Shown here: in pieces, positions 48,801 to 61,600 of the stretch
How the letters are laid out: each line of letters begins with the position of its first letter
How positions within the stretch are numbered: the stretch's first letter is position 1
Assembly: GCA_963836205.1 (NCBI GenBank)
Contig: CAWIIV010000015.1
Coordinates: forward strand, 192,001-256,000
Direction: 5' to 3'
Length of the DNA: 64,000 nt
Origin: an uncultured Acidimicrobiia bacterium
GTDB lineage: Bacteria > Actinomycetota > Acidimicrobiia > Acidimicrobiales > AC-14
The notes under the pieces: generated by a model
Told to the model about the DNA's origin: nothing
The model's database searches: none
Seen by the model: the letters and a program-made list of their open reading frames with translations, nothing else
Translations under genes and position numbers: made by a program

Positions 48801-51800
48801 CGACGATGCCCTGGGCCACGCTGGCCCCGCCGGTGGCCTGGGCCGCCACCACCCCGCCGCCGGCCACGGTGACGGAGTTGACGGCGGCGCCGCCGTCGCC
48901 GGAGGTGGCCAGGTCGCCGATGGCCACGCTGGAGCCGCCGGTGGCGCTGGCGATGACGTTGGCCCCGGGCCCGGCGATGATGCCGTTGACGGCGCCGCCG
49001 CCGTCGCCCGCGGTGGCGATGGAGATGCCGCCGTCGCCGCTGGCGTCGAGGGCCACGACCGCCGCGGCCACGATGTTGGTGGCCGAGCCGGTGGCGCCGG
49101 AGGTGGCGTCGGCGTCGGAGGTGGCGCCGGTGTTGGAGCGGCTGGAGGCGCTGCCGCCGGTCACGATGCCGCTGCCGGTGTTGCCGGAGCTGCCCGAGCT
49201 GCCGGAGCTGGCGGGGCCGCCGGCGGCCACGGCGGTGCCGACCAGGGCGGTGTTGACCGCGGCCGGCTCGGCGAAGGCGTCGCCGGTGTCGCCGGTGTTG
49301 CCGGAGTTGCCGGTGGCCACCGAGCCGCCCTCGACCACGGCGTCGCCGGTGTCGCCGGAGTTGCCGGAGTTGCCCGAGGTGGCGGCGCCGCCCAGCGCCA
49401 GGGCGATGCCCACCCCGCCGGTGTTGACCGCGCTGGGGCTGGCGAAGGCGTCGCCGGTGGTGCCGGTGTCGCCCGAGTCGCCCGAGGTGGCGCTGGCGCT
49501 CTGGGCGGCGGTGGAGGTGGCGTCGCCGGTGTCGCCGGAGTTGGTGGCGCTGGACTGGGCGGTGGCCGCCCCCGAGGCGCCGGAGGTGGCCACGGGCGAC
49601 AGGGTGAGGGTGACGTCGGCGCCGGCGAGGACGGCCAGGGCCACGTTGAGGGCGTCGCCGGTGGCCCCGCTGTCGGCCTCGGAGGTGGAGTCGGCGCCGG
49701 AGATGGCGATGCTGTCGGCCTCGCCGCCGGCGCTGACCGAGCCGGTGCTGCCCGACGCCCCCGAGTTGCCCGAGGTGGCGTTGGCGCCCACGGCCAGGGC
49801 GGTGCCGATCATGGCGCTGTTGACGGCCGAGGGCTCGTTGAAGGCGTCGCCGGTGTCGCCGGTGTCGCCCGAGTCGCCCGACTCCGCGCTGCCGTTGGAC
49901 ACCGCCGCCGAGGAGGCGTCGCCGGTGTCGCCGGAGTTGGTGGCGCTGGCCTGGGAGATGGCCGCCCCCGAGTCTCCGGTGGTGGAGACGGGCACCGCGG
50001 TCAGGCTGACCCCGCCCCCGTCGCCGCCGTCGGCCTCGGCCAGGCTCACGCTGGCCCCGCCGGTGGCGGAGGCCACGATGGTGGAGCCGGGCCCGGCCAG
50101 GATGCCGTTGCCGGCCGCGCCGCCGGCCCCGGAGGTGGAGATGGCCACCCCGCCCGGGCCACCCAGGCCGGGGGCCACGGTCAGGCCGGCACCGGTGGGG
50201 ATGAAGGCGGCGTCGCCGGTGTCGCCGCTCTGGGCCTCGGAGAAGGTGTCGGCGCCGGAGTTGGCGATGGAGAAGGCGTCGCCGTCGATGGCGGCGTCGC
50301 CGGTGGCGCCGGAGGCGCCGGAGTTGCCGGTGACGGCGTTGCCGGTGACGACCACGGCCAGGCCGCCGATGGCGGCGTTGGTGGCGCTGCCGGAGGCGTC
50401 GGAGTCACCGGTGTCGCCGGTGTCGCCGGAGTCGCCCGAGGAGGCGGCGGGGGTGGCGGTGGCGGCCGAGGAGGCGTCGCCGGTGTCGCCGGTGTTGGTG
50501 GCGCTGGCCTGGGACTTGGCCAGGCCGGAGTCGCCCGAGGTGGTGGTGGGGGTGGCGCTGAGCGAGCCCGCGCCGCCGTTGCCGCCGTTGGCGTCGGCGG
50601 TGGCCACCGAGCTGCCCCCGTGGGCCACGGCACTGCCCACGATGGTCACCGCGCCGCCGGCGGCGATGGCGTTGGTGGCCAGGCCGCCGGGGCCCGCCAC
50701 CGACACGGCCACCCCGCCGGGGCCGCCGGGGGCGGCCAGCACGACGGCGTCGACGAAGTTGGCGGCGTCGCCGGTGTCGCCCGAGTCGGCGTCGGTCACC
50801 GCCACCGCCCCCGAGTTGGCCGAGCTGGCCGAGTCGGCGTCGGCGCTGGCGTTGCCGGTGGCGCCCGAGTTGCCGGAGGAGCCGGAGGTGGCGTTGCCGC
50901 CCACGGCCAGGGCCGTGCCCAGGGTGGCGGCGGTGTTGGTGGCGGTGGCGTTGTTGACGCCGCTGCCGGTGTCGCCGCTGTCGCCGCTGTCGCCGGAGGT
51001 GGCCGAGGGCTTGGCCGTGGCCACCGAGGTGGCGTTGCCGGTGTCGCCGTCGTTGGTGGCGCTGCCCTGGGCGTAGGCCGCCCCGGAGGTGCCGGAGACG
51101 GCCGAGGGGGCGCTGGAGCCGGTGGCGGCCCCGCCTGCGCCGCCGTTGGCGGCACCGGTGGCGATGGAGCTGCCGCCGGTGGCCACGGGGTTGCTGGCCA
51201 CGGTGCCCACCGCGTTGATGGTGTTGACGGCGGCGCCGCCGGCGGCGGAGACGGGCACGGACACGCCCCCGGGGCCGCCCAGGCCGGCGATGGCGGTGAG
51301 CACGACGTCGTTGCTCACGTCGCCGGTGAAGCCCGACAGGGCGGCGCCGTCGACGCTGGCGCCGGAGTTGGCGAAGCTGGTGGCGCTGGCGTCGGCGTCG
51401 GCGGAGCCGGTGGCGCCGGTGGCGCCGGAGTCGTCGGAGGAGGCGTTGCCGCCCAGAGCCACGGCGATGCCCAGGGCCGCGCTGTTGGTGGCGGTGGGGG
51501 TGCGGCTGTAGTCGCCGGTGTCGCCCGAGTCACCCGAGTCGCCGGAGGTGGCGGCGGGGTTGGCGGTGGCGCTGGACACGGCGTCGCCGGTGGCGCCGGT
51601 GTTGGTGGCGCTGGACTGGGAGGTGGCCGCCCCCGACGCGCCGCTGGCGGCGGTGGGGTCGATGGTGACGGAGCCGGCCCCGCCGGCGCCGCCGTCGGCC
51701 TCGCCGGTGGCCACGCTGGAGCCGCCGGTGGCACCCGGGCTGGCGGCCACGTTGCCCGCCGCCAGCACCAGGTTGGTGGCCGCCCCACCGGGGCCGGCGA

Positions 51801-54800
51801 CGGGGACGCTGACCCCGCCCGGGCCGCCGCTGCCGGCGGCGGCGAAGCCGTCGATGACGTTGCCGGCGTCGCCGCTGTCGCCGGACAGGACGAAGGAGTC
51901 GACGTTGGCCCCGGAGTTGGCGAAGCTGTCGGCGTCGCCGTCGGCCTCCGCGTCGCCGGTGGCGCCGGTGTCGCCCACCGCGGCGCGCGAGCCCAAGTCG
52001 CCGCCGGTGGTGCCCGAGTTGCCGGAGGCGGCCGAGCCGCTGGAGGTGGCCGCCGACCACGCCTGGCCGGTGTCGCCGTCGTTGGTGGCGCTGCCCTGGC
52101 CGGTGGCGTCGCCGGTGGCGCCGCTGGTGGCGGAGGCGACGGTGGTCAGGTCGGCCCCGCCCCCGTCGCCGCCGTTGCTGGCCCCGGTGGCCACCGAGGA
52201 GCCGCCGGTGGCGAAGGGCGAGCCCACGATGTTGCCGGCGGCAACGACGGTGTTGCTGGCGGCGCCGCCGGCGCCGGCCACGGGCACGGTCACGCCGCCC
52301 GCGCCGCCGTTGCCGGCGATGACGGTGAGCAGCACCGGCAGGGGCAGGTTGGCCGGGTCGAGCTCGCCGGCGGAGTCGCCGGAGACGGCCACGACTTCGA
52401 CGTTGGCCCCCGAGTTGGCGAAGCTGGAGGCGGCACCGTCGGCGTCGGCGTCGCCGGTGTCGCCGCTGGAGCCGTCGGGGGCGGGGTCGGGGGTGCCGGG
52501 GAGCGGGACGGCCACGGTGCCGGCGATGGCGGTGCCGCCCAGGCCGGCGTTGAGCGCGATGCCGGACACGAAGGCGATGGCGGTGCCCAGCAGCTCGGTG
52601 TTGGTGGCCGAGGTGTTGTTGCCCGAGCCGCCGGTGGTGCCGGTGTTGCCGGAGTTGCCGGAGGCGGCGGTGGGGCTGGCGACGGCGGTGGAGAGGGCGT
52701 CGCCGGTGTCGCCGGTGTTGGTGGCGCTGCCCTGGGCGGTGGAGGCGCCGCTGGCGCCGGAGGCCGAGGTGGGGCTGGCGGTGAGGCTGGCGCTGCCGCC
52801 GGCGCCGCCGTTGGCCTCGGCGGTGGCGATGCTGGAGCCGCCGTGGGCGATGGGCGAGCCGACGACGTCGCCCGCCCCCACGATGGTCACGGTGGCGGCG
52901 CCGCCGTCGCCGGCCACGGGCACGGCCACGCCCCCGGCGCCGCCGTTGCCGGCCACCACCAGGACGTCGAGGATGTTGGAGGCCGAGCCGGTGTCGCCCG
53001 ACAGGGAGTCGACCACCACGTTGGCGCCCGAGTTGGCGAAGCTGTCGGCGTCGCTGGCGGCGGAGGCGTCGCCGGAGTCGCCCGACTCACCGGAGGAGCC
53101 GGTGACGTTGCCCCCGCCGATGGCGATGGCGGTGCCCAACAGGCCGTCTTCGGTGTTGGTGGCGCTGGGCCGGGGGCGGGCGTCGCCGGTGTTGCCGGTG
53201 TTGCCGGTGTTGCCCGACACCGACGCCGGGTTGGCCGTCGCGCCCGAGGTGGCGGCGCCGGTGGCGCCGGTGTTGGTGGAGCTGGACTGGGCGGTGGAGG
53301 CACCGGAGCCGGCGCTGGTGGAGGTGGGGGTGACGGTGGTGGTGGCGGCGCCGCCGGCCCCGCCGTTGGCCTCGGCGGTGGCCACGCTGGACCCCCCGGC
53401 GGCGCCCACGCCGCCGAAGCCGAGGCCGGGGAGCAGGGCCGCCACCAGCGTGGCCGCCCCACCGGCGCCGGCCACCGGCAGGGCCACCCCGCCGGCCCCG
53501 CCGTCGCCCGCGATGACGGTGACGAAGGTGTCGTTGAGGGCGTCGCCGGTGTCGCCGGAGGTGGAGACCGACGACGAGTTGGCCCCCGAGTTGGCGCCGC
53601 TGGAGGCGGAGCCGTCGGAGGTGGCGGCGCCGGAGTTGCCGGAGTTGCCGGAGTCGCCCGACGCGGCCAGGCCGCCGATGGCGATGGCCGTGCCCAGGGG
53701 GGCGCTGTTGAGGGCGGTGGCCTGGGCCAGGGCGTCGCCGGTGTCGCCGGTGTCGCCGGTGTTGCCCGAGCGGGCGCTGGGGCTGGAGGTGGCGACCGAG
53801 GTGGCGTCGCCGGTGTCGCCGCTGTTGGTGGCGCTGGACTGGGCCGTGGCCGCACCGGAGGCGCCGGAGGTGGCGACGGGCGACGAGGACAGGGTGGCGG
53901 CGCCGCCGGCACCGCCGTTGGCCTCGGCCGTGGCCACGCTCGACCCGCCGGCGACGCCGCCACCGAAGCCGAAGGCGGACAGGCCGTCGCCCACGGCCGC
54001 CCCGCCGGGGCCGGCCACGGGAATGGCCACGCCGCCGGCGCCGCCGCTGCCGGCGGCGGCGAAGAGGTTGGTGACGTTGGTGGCGTCGCCGGTGTCGCCG
54101 GAGTCGGCGTCGGAGGCGGAGTTGGCGCCCGAGTTGGCGAAGCTGTCGGCGGTGCCGACGGCGGTGGCGGCGCCGGAGTCGCCGGAGTCGCCCGAGTTGC
54201 CGCTGATGGCGCCGCCGCCGATGGCGATGGCGGTGCCCAGCAGGCCGGTGTTGGTGGCGGTCGGCTGGTTGGTGGCGTCGCCGGTGTCGCCGGTGCTGCC
54301 GGTGTCGCCGGTGGCGGCGGTGGGCGAGGACACGGCGCTGGACCAGGCGTCGCCGGTGTCGCCGCTGTTGGTGGAGCTGGACTGGGCGGTGGAGGCCCCC
54401 GAGGCGCCGGAGGTGGCGTTGGGGTTCGAGGTGACGGACGAGGCCCCGCCGTCGCCGCCGTTGGCCTCGGCGGTGGCCACCGCGCTGCCGCCGGCGATGG
54501 CCGGGAAGATGATCTGGCCGGCCTGGCCCGGGGCTCAGCCCGGCGCCGGGCACGGCGTTGCCGCCCAGGCCGCCGATGGCGGTGAGGGTGGTGGCGTTGA
54601 GGGCGTCGCCGGTGTCGCCCGAGGTCGACACGGAGGAGGTGTGGGCGCCGGAGTTGGCCAGGCTGGTGGCGTTGCCCACGGCGGTGGCGTTGCCGGAGTT
54701 GCCCGAGGAGCCGCTGTCGCCGGAGGTGGCGGGCAGCGGGGGGGCGGCGCCGTTGATGGGGATGAAGATGGTGGAGCCGCCCACGGGGATGGAGATGCCC

Positions 54801-55459
54801 CCCGCCCCGGCGCTGCCGCCGAAGACGTTGGCGATGCCGAGGATGCCGGTGTTGAGGGCGAAGGGGTTGTTGGTGGCGGCCCCGCTGGTGCCGGGGGTGC
54901 CGGAGGTGCCGGAGGTGGAGGCGGGGTTGGAGAGCGCGGTCGAGGTCGCGGCTCCGGTGTCGCCGGTGTTGGTGGCGCTGGACTGGGCTCGGGAGGCGCC
55001 GCTGTCGCCGGTGGTGGCGCTGGGGTTGGCGGTCACGTCGGCCGCCCCCCCGCCGCCGCCGCCGGAGCTCGACGTCGACACCACGTTGCCCTCGCCGATG
55101 ACGGCGCCGGGCACGAGGATGCCGCCGCTGCCGCCGTCGCCGCCGGCCACGATGACGGCCGACAGGTTGGTGGCGTCGCCCGTCTGGCCCGTCTCCGCCG
55201 AGGCGGTGGCCAGCGCCCCGGAGTTGGCGTTGCTGTTGGACCGGCCGGTGGCGGTGGCCGCCCCGCTCTCGCCGGTGGCGGGCACCGTCGACGACGTCGT
55301 GGTCGGGGTCGGGTCGGGCGCGACCGTGGTGGTCGGGCCTCCGTTGACCTGGCCCACCGCGGGCCCGGCCCCCAAAAAGACCAGGACCGTGGCGATCCCG
55401 GCGCCGATGAGGGCGCTGGCGGAGGTGACTCGTGCCGTTCCGGCGTTGCCGATTCTCAT
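42866..55459 (-). CDS. Giant G/A/S/T/D-rich repeat surface protein B (~4197 aa after correcting frameshifts near 54530 and 43408): signal peptide, ~21 repeats of ~180 aa, S(V/T)ASG module, LARTG-TM-RRR
   Basis: AAGGA then ATG at 55459 (MRIGNAG...LVFLGAGPAVG). Joins ORFs 53087-57205, 43162-54480 and 42866-43228. The 12594-bp span is divisible by 3, consistent with one +1 and one -1 indel in G/C runs. Confidence 0.83.
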
Positions 55460-55619
55460 GCTCAATCCTTTTTGATGTTGGCCCTCGACGGCCAAGTCAG
55501 GTTGACCCACGGTGCGACGCCGCAAATTGCCCGGCGCGGAGCAGGCGGCGATTCCTAGCACTTCGTGTTTCGCCGCTACAAGCACCTGGGAGGTGCGGGC
55601 GTGAGGCGCCCGAACCTCG

Positions 55620-58600
55620 TCAGGAGATGCGACCTGCCCCTGCGTGAGCGGGGGCTGGTACCCCTCCTGACCAGCCACGATGCCGGCGGACGGGGCGGCG
55701 GGGACTGCCCGCTCGCCGGCCGTGCCGGTGTCGTCCGGTCGGGGGGTGACCATGCGGTCGGTGTGTTGGAATGCGTTGGAGCCGGGAGCGGTGCGGCGGC
55801 GCCGTCCGCAGGCGAGGAGCAGGGCCCCCAGCAGGAGAAGGAGGGCGGCCAGGCGCAGGAGGAGGTCGGCACCGAGGCCGGTACGGGCCAGGGCGCCGGT
55901 GGCGGTGCCGGTGGAGGCGGCCGGGGCGGCGTGGCCGTCGGCGCTCGGGGATGGGTGGGCAGGGTCGGGGTGGCCGGCACCGGCGGGCGGGCAGGCGCCG
56001 GAGGCGGTGGAGTCGAAGAGGGCGGTGGAGCACCCGGAGGCGACCGAGCCGTCGATGGCGAGGGAGTTCCCGGAGGCCACCGAGTGGCGGTGGGCCTGGG
56101 CGCACCCGGAGGCGACGGAGTGGTCGGTGGCGATGGCGCAGCCGGAGGCGACCGAGGTGTGGTCGGCCAACGCAGCGCCCGACACGAGGCCGTCGGCGGG
56201 AGTGTTGGAAGCCTCGGCCGACCCGGTGTTGGAACCGGAGCCGCCCGAGCCGGAGCCGCCACCCGAGCCGGACTCGGAGCCGGAGCCGGAGCCGGAGCCT
56301 GAGCCGCCCGAGCCGGAGCCGCTCCCCGAGCCGGAGTCGGAGCCGGTCGGGGTGGCCGCAGCCGCAGTCGAGCCACCGCCGGGCCCGGCGCCGGTGCCGG
56401 TACCGGAACCACCGGTACCGCCCGCAGCGCCGGAGCCGGCGGTGCCCGTTCCGGAGCCGGCCGTCCCGCCCCCGCCGGCCAGGCTCCCGGAAAGCTGTGA
56501 TGCCCCAAGCGACTCGGCTGCCCCAAGCGACTCGGCTGCCCCAAGCGACTCGGCTGCCCCAAGGGGCTGGGCGGCGGGGGCGGGCTCCGATCCGTCGGCG
56601 GCGGCAGCCATCGCGGGGGCAGCCAGGACGATTGGGGCTGTTCCAAGGGCCACCGTGGCGCTGCCGAGCAGGGCGGTGTTGGAGGCCGTCGGGGAAGTGT
56701 TGGAAGGGCCGCTGCCGCCGCTGGGGCCGCTGTCGCCCGAGGCGGAGGCGGGTGCGGCGAGGGCGGAGGAGGTGGCGGCGCCGGTGCGGGCGGAGTTGGT
56801 GGCGCTGACCCGGGCGGCCGAGGTGCCCGAGCCGCCGCTGGTGGCGACGGGGGCGGCGGTGACGGTGGCGTCGCCGCCGGAGCCGGCACCGGCCGAGGAG
56901 AGGGCGATGGTGGAGCCGGCCAGGGTGAGGACTTCGGCGCCGGCGGGCAGGGCGCCGACCTGGGTGGCGGTACCGGCCAGGCCCGAGGAGGCGGCGGCCG
57001 AACCACCGGAGGCCGCCCCGGCGCCGCCGAAGATGCCGGCGACGATGGCGTTGACGGCGTCGCCAGTTTCGCCCGACAGGGCGTCGGCGGCACCGTTGGC
57101 GCCCGAGTTGGCGGAGGCGTCGGCGCCGCCGTCGGAAGTGGCGGGGCCGGTGGACCCGGTGGTGCCGGAGTCGCCCGAGCCGGTGGCGGGAGCGCCGGCG
57201 GCCACGGTGGCCGTCCCGGCCAGACCGGTGTTGGTGGCGGTGGCGGCGAGGATGGTGTTGCCGGTGGCGCCGGATGCCCCCGAGTTGCCCGACCGGGCGA
57301 CGGGCAGGGAGGCCGCGACCGATGTCGCGGGGCCGGTGGCGCCGGTGTTGGTGGCGCTCGACTGGGAGGTGGCGTCGCCCGACCGGCCGGAGGTGGCGAC
57401 CGGGTTGAGGGAGACGGTGGTGTCGCCACCGTCGCCACCGGGGGCGTCGGCGATGGCGGCTGAGGTGCCACCGAAGGTGAGGACGACAGCGTCGCCGACG
57501 GTGGCGACGGCAGCCAGGGCGTCGCCGCCGTCGGCGCTGGTGGCGGTGACGATCGCCGCCGGGGCCGGCGGCGCCGCCCACAGTGAAGGCGGCGATCAGG
57601 TTGGCGGCGGAGCCGGTGTCGCCGGAGCGGGTGTCGGAGCCGGCCCAGGCGCCGCTGTTGGCCAGCGAGTCGACCTCGCCGCCGGCCGAAGCGGAGCCGG
57701 TGCCGCCGGTGCCGCCGGAGTCGCCCGAACCGGTGCCGTCGCCCACGACCACGGCGGCAGTGCCGAGGATGGCGGTGTTGGAGGCGGTGGCGGTGACGGC
57801 GGCGCTGCCGGTGGTGCCGCTGGCCCCACTGTCGCCGGAGACGGCGGTGGGGCTGGCGGTGGCGGTGCTGAGGGCGGAGCCGGTGGCGCCCGAGTTGGTG
57901 GCGCTGGACTGGGCCGTGCTGGCGCCGGTGGCCCCCGAGGTGGCCTGCGGGGCAGCGGAGAGGGTGGCCGCGCCGCCCGCTCCCCCGCCGGCGTCGCCGA
58001 TGGCCACCGACGAACCGGCCCGGGTGAAGACCGTCGTGTCGCCCGCGGCGGCGGTGACGGCGCTGGTGGCGTCGCCCCCGGGACCGCCGGCGACCGCCGC
58101 CCCGCCCCCGCCGCCGACGCCCGATCCGCCGGTGGCGAAGAGGGTGAGGCCGCTGGCCGCGGGGCCGCTGTCGCCCGAGTCGGCGTCGGAGTCGGCCTGG
58201 GCGCCGCTGTTGGCAGACGACTCGGCCTCGCTGTCGCTGGTGGCCGAACCGGTGCCGCCAGTGCCGCCGGAGCCGCCCGAACCGGCCCCGCCGGCGGAGG
58301 CGACGACCGAGCCGAGGAGGGCGTTATTACTGGCGCGCACGGTGACGGCGGCCGATCCGGTAGGGCCGGAGGCGCCCGAATTGCCCGACGTGGCCGTCGG
58401 CGAGGTGGTGGCGGAGCTGGCCACCGAGCCGGTTGCGCCGGTGTTGGTGGCGCTCGACTGGCCGGTGGCGGCACCCGTCGAACCCGACGTGGCGGTGGGG
58501 TTGGCGATCACGATGCCCTCGCCGCCGGTGCCGCCGGTGGCGTCGAGGGTGGCGACAGTGGAGCCGGCGAAGGTGAGGACGGTGACGGGGCCGGTGCCGG

Positions 58601-61600
58601 CGGCGACGATGGCGGTGGCCGTCCCGCCGGGGCCGGAGAGGGCGCGACCGTCGCCACCGGGACCTCCGGGGCCGCCGGCCGCAGCCAGCAGGAGGGTGTT
58701 GGTGGCGGGGCCGATGGCGCCCGAGTCGGCGTCGGCGTCGCCGTGGGCGCCGGTGTTGCCGTCGGAGTCGGCCTCGGCGTCGATGTCGACATCGCCCGTC
58801 CCGCCGGTGCCGCCCGAGTTGCCCGACCCGGTGGCGGTGGTGATGGAGACGTCGGCCGGCGAGGTGTTGGAGACGAGGAGGGGGTTGACGACGGCCGTTC
58901 CCAAGACCGGGGCGGTGTTGGAAGCGGACGCGTCGGACGTGGTGGAGCCGGTGGCGCCGCTGTCGCCCGAGGCGCCTGAGGCGCCGGTGGGCGAGGCGGT
59001 GGCGGTGCTGTAGGCGGGACCGGTGGCGCCGGTGTTGGTGGCGCTCGACTGGGCGGTGGCCGGGCCCGACCCACCCGAGGTGGCCACGGGGGCGGCGTTG
59101 ACGATGGCGTCGCCGCCGTCGCCGCCGCTGGCGTCGGTGACCGCCACCGAGGACCCGGCGGTGGTGATGACGGCGGTGGTGTCGCCACCGGCGGCGACCA
59201 CGGCCACGGCTGGGCCGCCGGCGCCGGAGATCGAGCCCGCGTCTCCCGCGGCCCCGCCGTTGCCAACGCCGACACCGACACCGACGATGAGGAGCTCGTT
59301 GGAGGCGGGGCCGCTCTCGCCGGAGGTGGCCTCGCCGGTGGCGGCGGCGCCCGCGTTGCCGACCGACTCGGCCTCGGCGTCGAGGTCGACGTCGCCCGTG
59401 TCGCCGGTGTCGCCCGAGTTGCCGGAGGTGGTGATGGAGGCGATCGCCAGGTCGGCGCCGGCGTTGACGACGAAGACCGGGCTGACGACGGCCGTCCCGA
59501 AGAGGGCGCTGTTGGTGGCGGTCTGGGTGGCGCTGACGGCTCCGGTATCGCCGGTGTCGCCCGAGCTCCCGGAGGTGCCGGACGGGTTGGAGGTGGCGGT
59601 GCTGGTCGCCCCGCCGGTGGTGCCGTCGTTGGTGGCGCTGGTCTGGGCGACCGCGGCACCGGTGGCGCCCGAGGTGGCGACCGGGCTGGCGGTGACGATC
59701 AGGTCGCCGCCGTCGCCGCCGTCGGCGGAGGAGATGGCGACGCTGGAACCGCCGGTGGTGTCGACCACGACGGTGCCCGTGCCGGCGGTGATGGCGGAGG
59801 TGGCCGAACCGCCCACGACCGAGGTCGACGATCCGCCGTCGCCGGCGTCGCCGCCGCTGGTGCCGACGGACAGGACGCCGATGGCGTTGGTGGCGGGTCC
59901 GGAGTCGCCCGAGTCGGCCTCGCTGTGGGACTCGGCGCCGGTGTTGGCGATCGACTCGGCCTCGCCGTCGACGTCGACGTCGCCGGTGGCGCCCGAGTCG
60001 CCGGAGTCGCCCGAGCCGATCCCGCCGGCGAGGGTGACGTCGCCCCCGCCGGGGGCAACCACGACGGCGACCGGGCTGACCAGGGCAGTGCCGAAGGCGG
60101 CGGTGTTGGTGGCGGTGCGGGTGACGCTGGCCGGGCCGGTGTCGCCGGTGGTGCCGGAGTCGCCCGACCGGCCGGTGGGCGAGGAGTCGGCCGAGCTGGC
60201 CGCGCCGCCGGTGGCGCCGGTGTTGGTGGCGCTCGACTGGGCGGTGGCGGGGCCGGTGGCGCCGGAGGTGGCGACCGGGCTGAGCGAGACGGTGGTGGCG
60301 CCGGCGTCGCCGCCATTGGCCGAGGTGGTGGCCACGCTGGCCCCGCCGGTGGCGAAGGAGACCACGTCGCCGGTGGCGCCGATGACACCGGCGAGGGCCG
60401 ATCCGCCCGGGCCGGACACGGCGGAGGCGCCGTCGCCGCCGTCGGCCCCGGCCCCGCCCACCGAGAACACGCCGATCACGTTGGCGGCGGTGCCGCTGCC
60501 GCCCGAGTTGGCGTCGGCGTTGGAGTCGGCGCCGGTGTTGGAGATCGACTCGGCCTCGCCGTCGACGTCGACGCCGCCGGTGGGACCGGTGCTGCCGGTG
60601 TCGCCGGAGCCGACCGAGAAGGGGGCGCCGGGGACCGAGGCGACGATCGCCGTCCCGCCGAGGGCGGTGTTGGTGGCGGTGGCGTTGTCGACGTCGGCAC
60701 CGGTGGAGCCGCCGAAGATCCCGGCCGTCCCGAAGATGCCGCTGTTGGTGGCCGAGGTGTTGGAGGTGGTCGCGCCGCTGCTGCCGGTGTTGCCCGAGTT
60801 GCCGCTCACGCCCGAGGGCGAGGAGGTGGCGGAGCTGGCCGCGTCGCCGGTGGTGCCAGTGTTGGTGGAGCTCGACTGGGCGACAGTGGCGCCGGTGGAG
60901 CCGGTGGTGGCCACGGGGGCGGCGGTGATGGTGACGTCTCCCCCGTCGCCGCCGTCGGCGCTGACGGTGGCGATCGACGAGCCGCCGGTGGTGTCGGCGT
61001 AGACCAGGCCGCTGCCGCCGGTGACGTCGAGGGTGGCGTCGCCGCCGGGGCCGGCCGTGGCCGAGGCGTCGTCGCCGCCGTCGCCGCCGGGGCCGCCGAT
61101 GCCGACCAGCAGGAGGGCGTTGACCGCGTCGCCGGACGGGCCCGACTCGGCGTCGGCCGCCGAGTGGGCGCCGGTGTTGGCGACCGAGGAGGCGGTGCCG
61201 GTGACGGTGACGTCGCCGGTGGACGCCCGAGTCGCCGCCGGTGCCGGACGTGGTGCCGGAGTTGCCGGACGTGGCGTGGGGGTCGGAGGCGGCCGAGCTG
61301 GCGGCGTCGCCGGTGGCGCCCGAGTTGGTGGTGCTGGTGCGGGCGGCGGCGGCGCCGGAGTCGCCGGTGCGGGCGACCGGGCTGGCGCTGATGGAGACGT
61401 CGCCGCCGTCGCCGCCGGCCGCCGAGACGGTGGCCACGCTGTCGCCGCCGTTGGTGGTGACCACGACCGGGCCGGTGGTGCCGGTGACGGTGGTGGAAGC
61501 GTCGCCGCCGTCGGCCGCGGTGGCCAGGGCGCCGTCGCCGCCGCCGCCGCCGGGGCCGCCCACGCCGATGAGGGTGATGACGTTGGCGGCAGTGCCGGTT

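Noticed and set aside
55460-55620. Possible riboswitch in the leader of protein B (also checked 29750-29990)
   Set aside because: I could not match the conserved cores of c-di-AMP, c-di-GMP, SAM, TPP or cobalamin riboswitches by eye; an Rfam/Infernal scan would be needed to exclude others.
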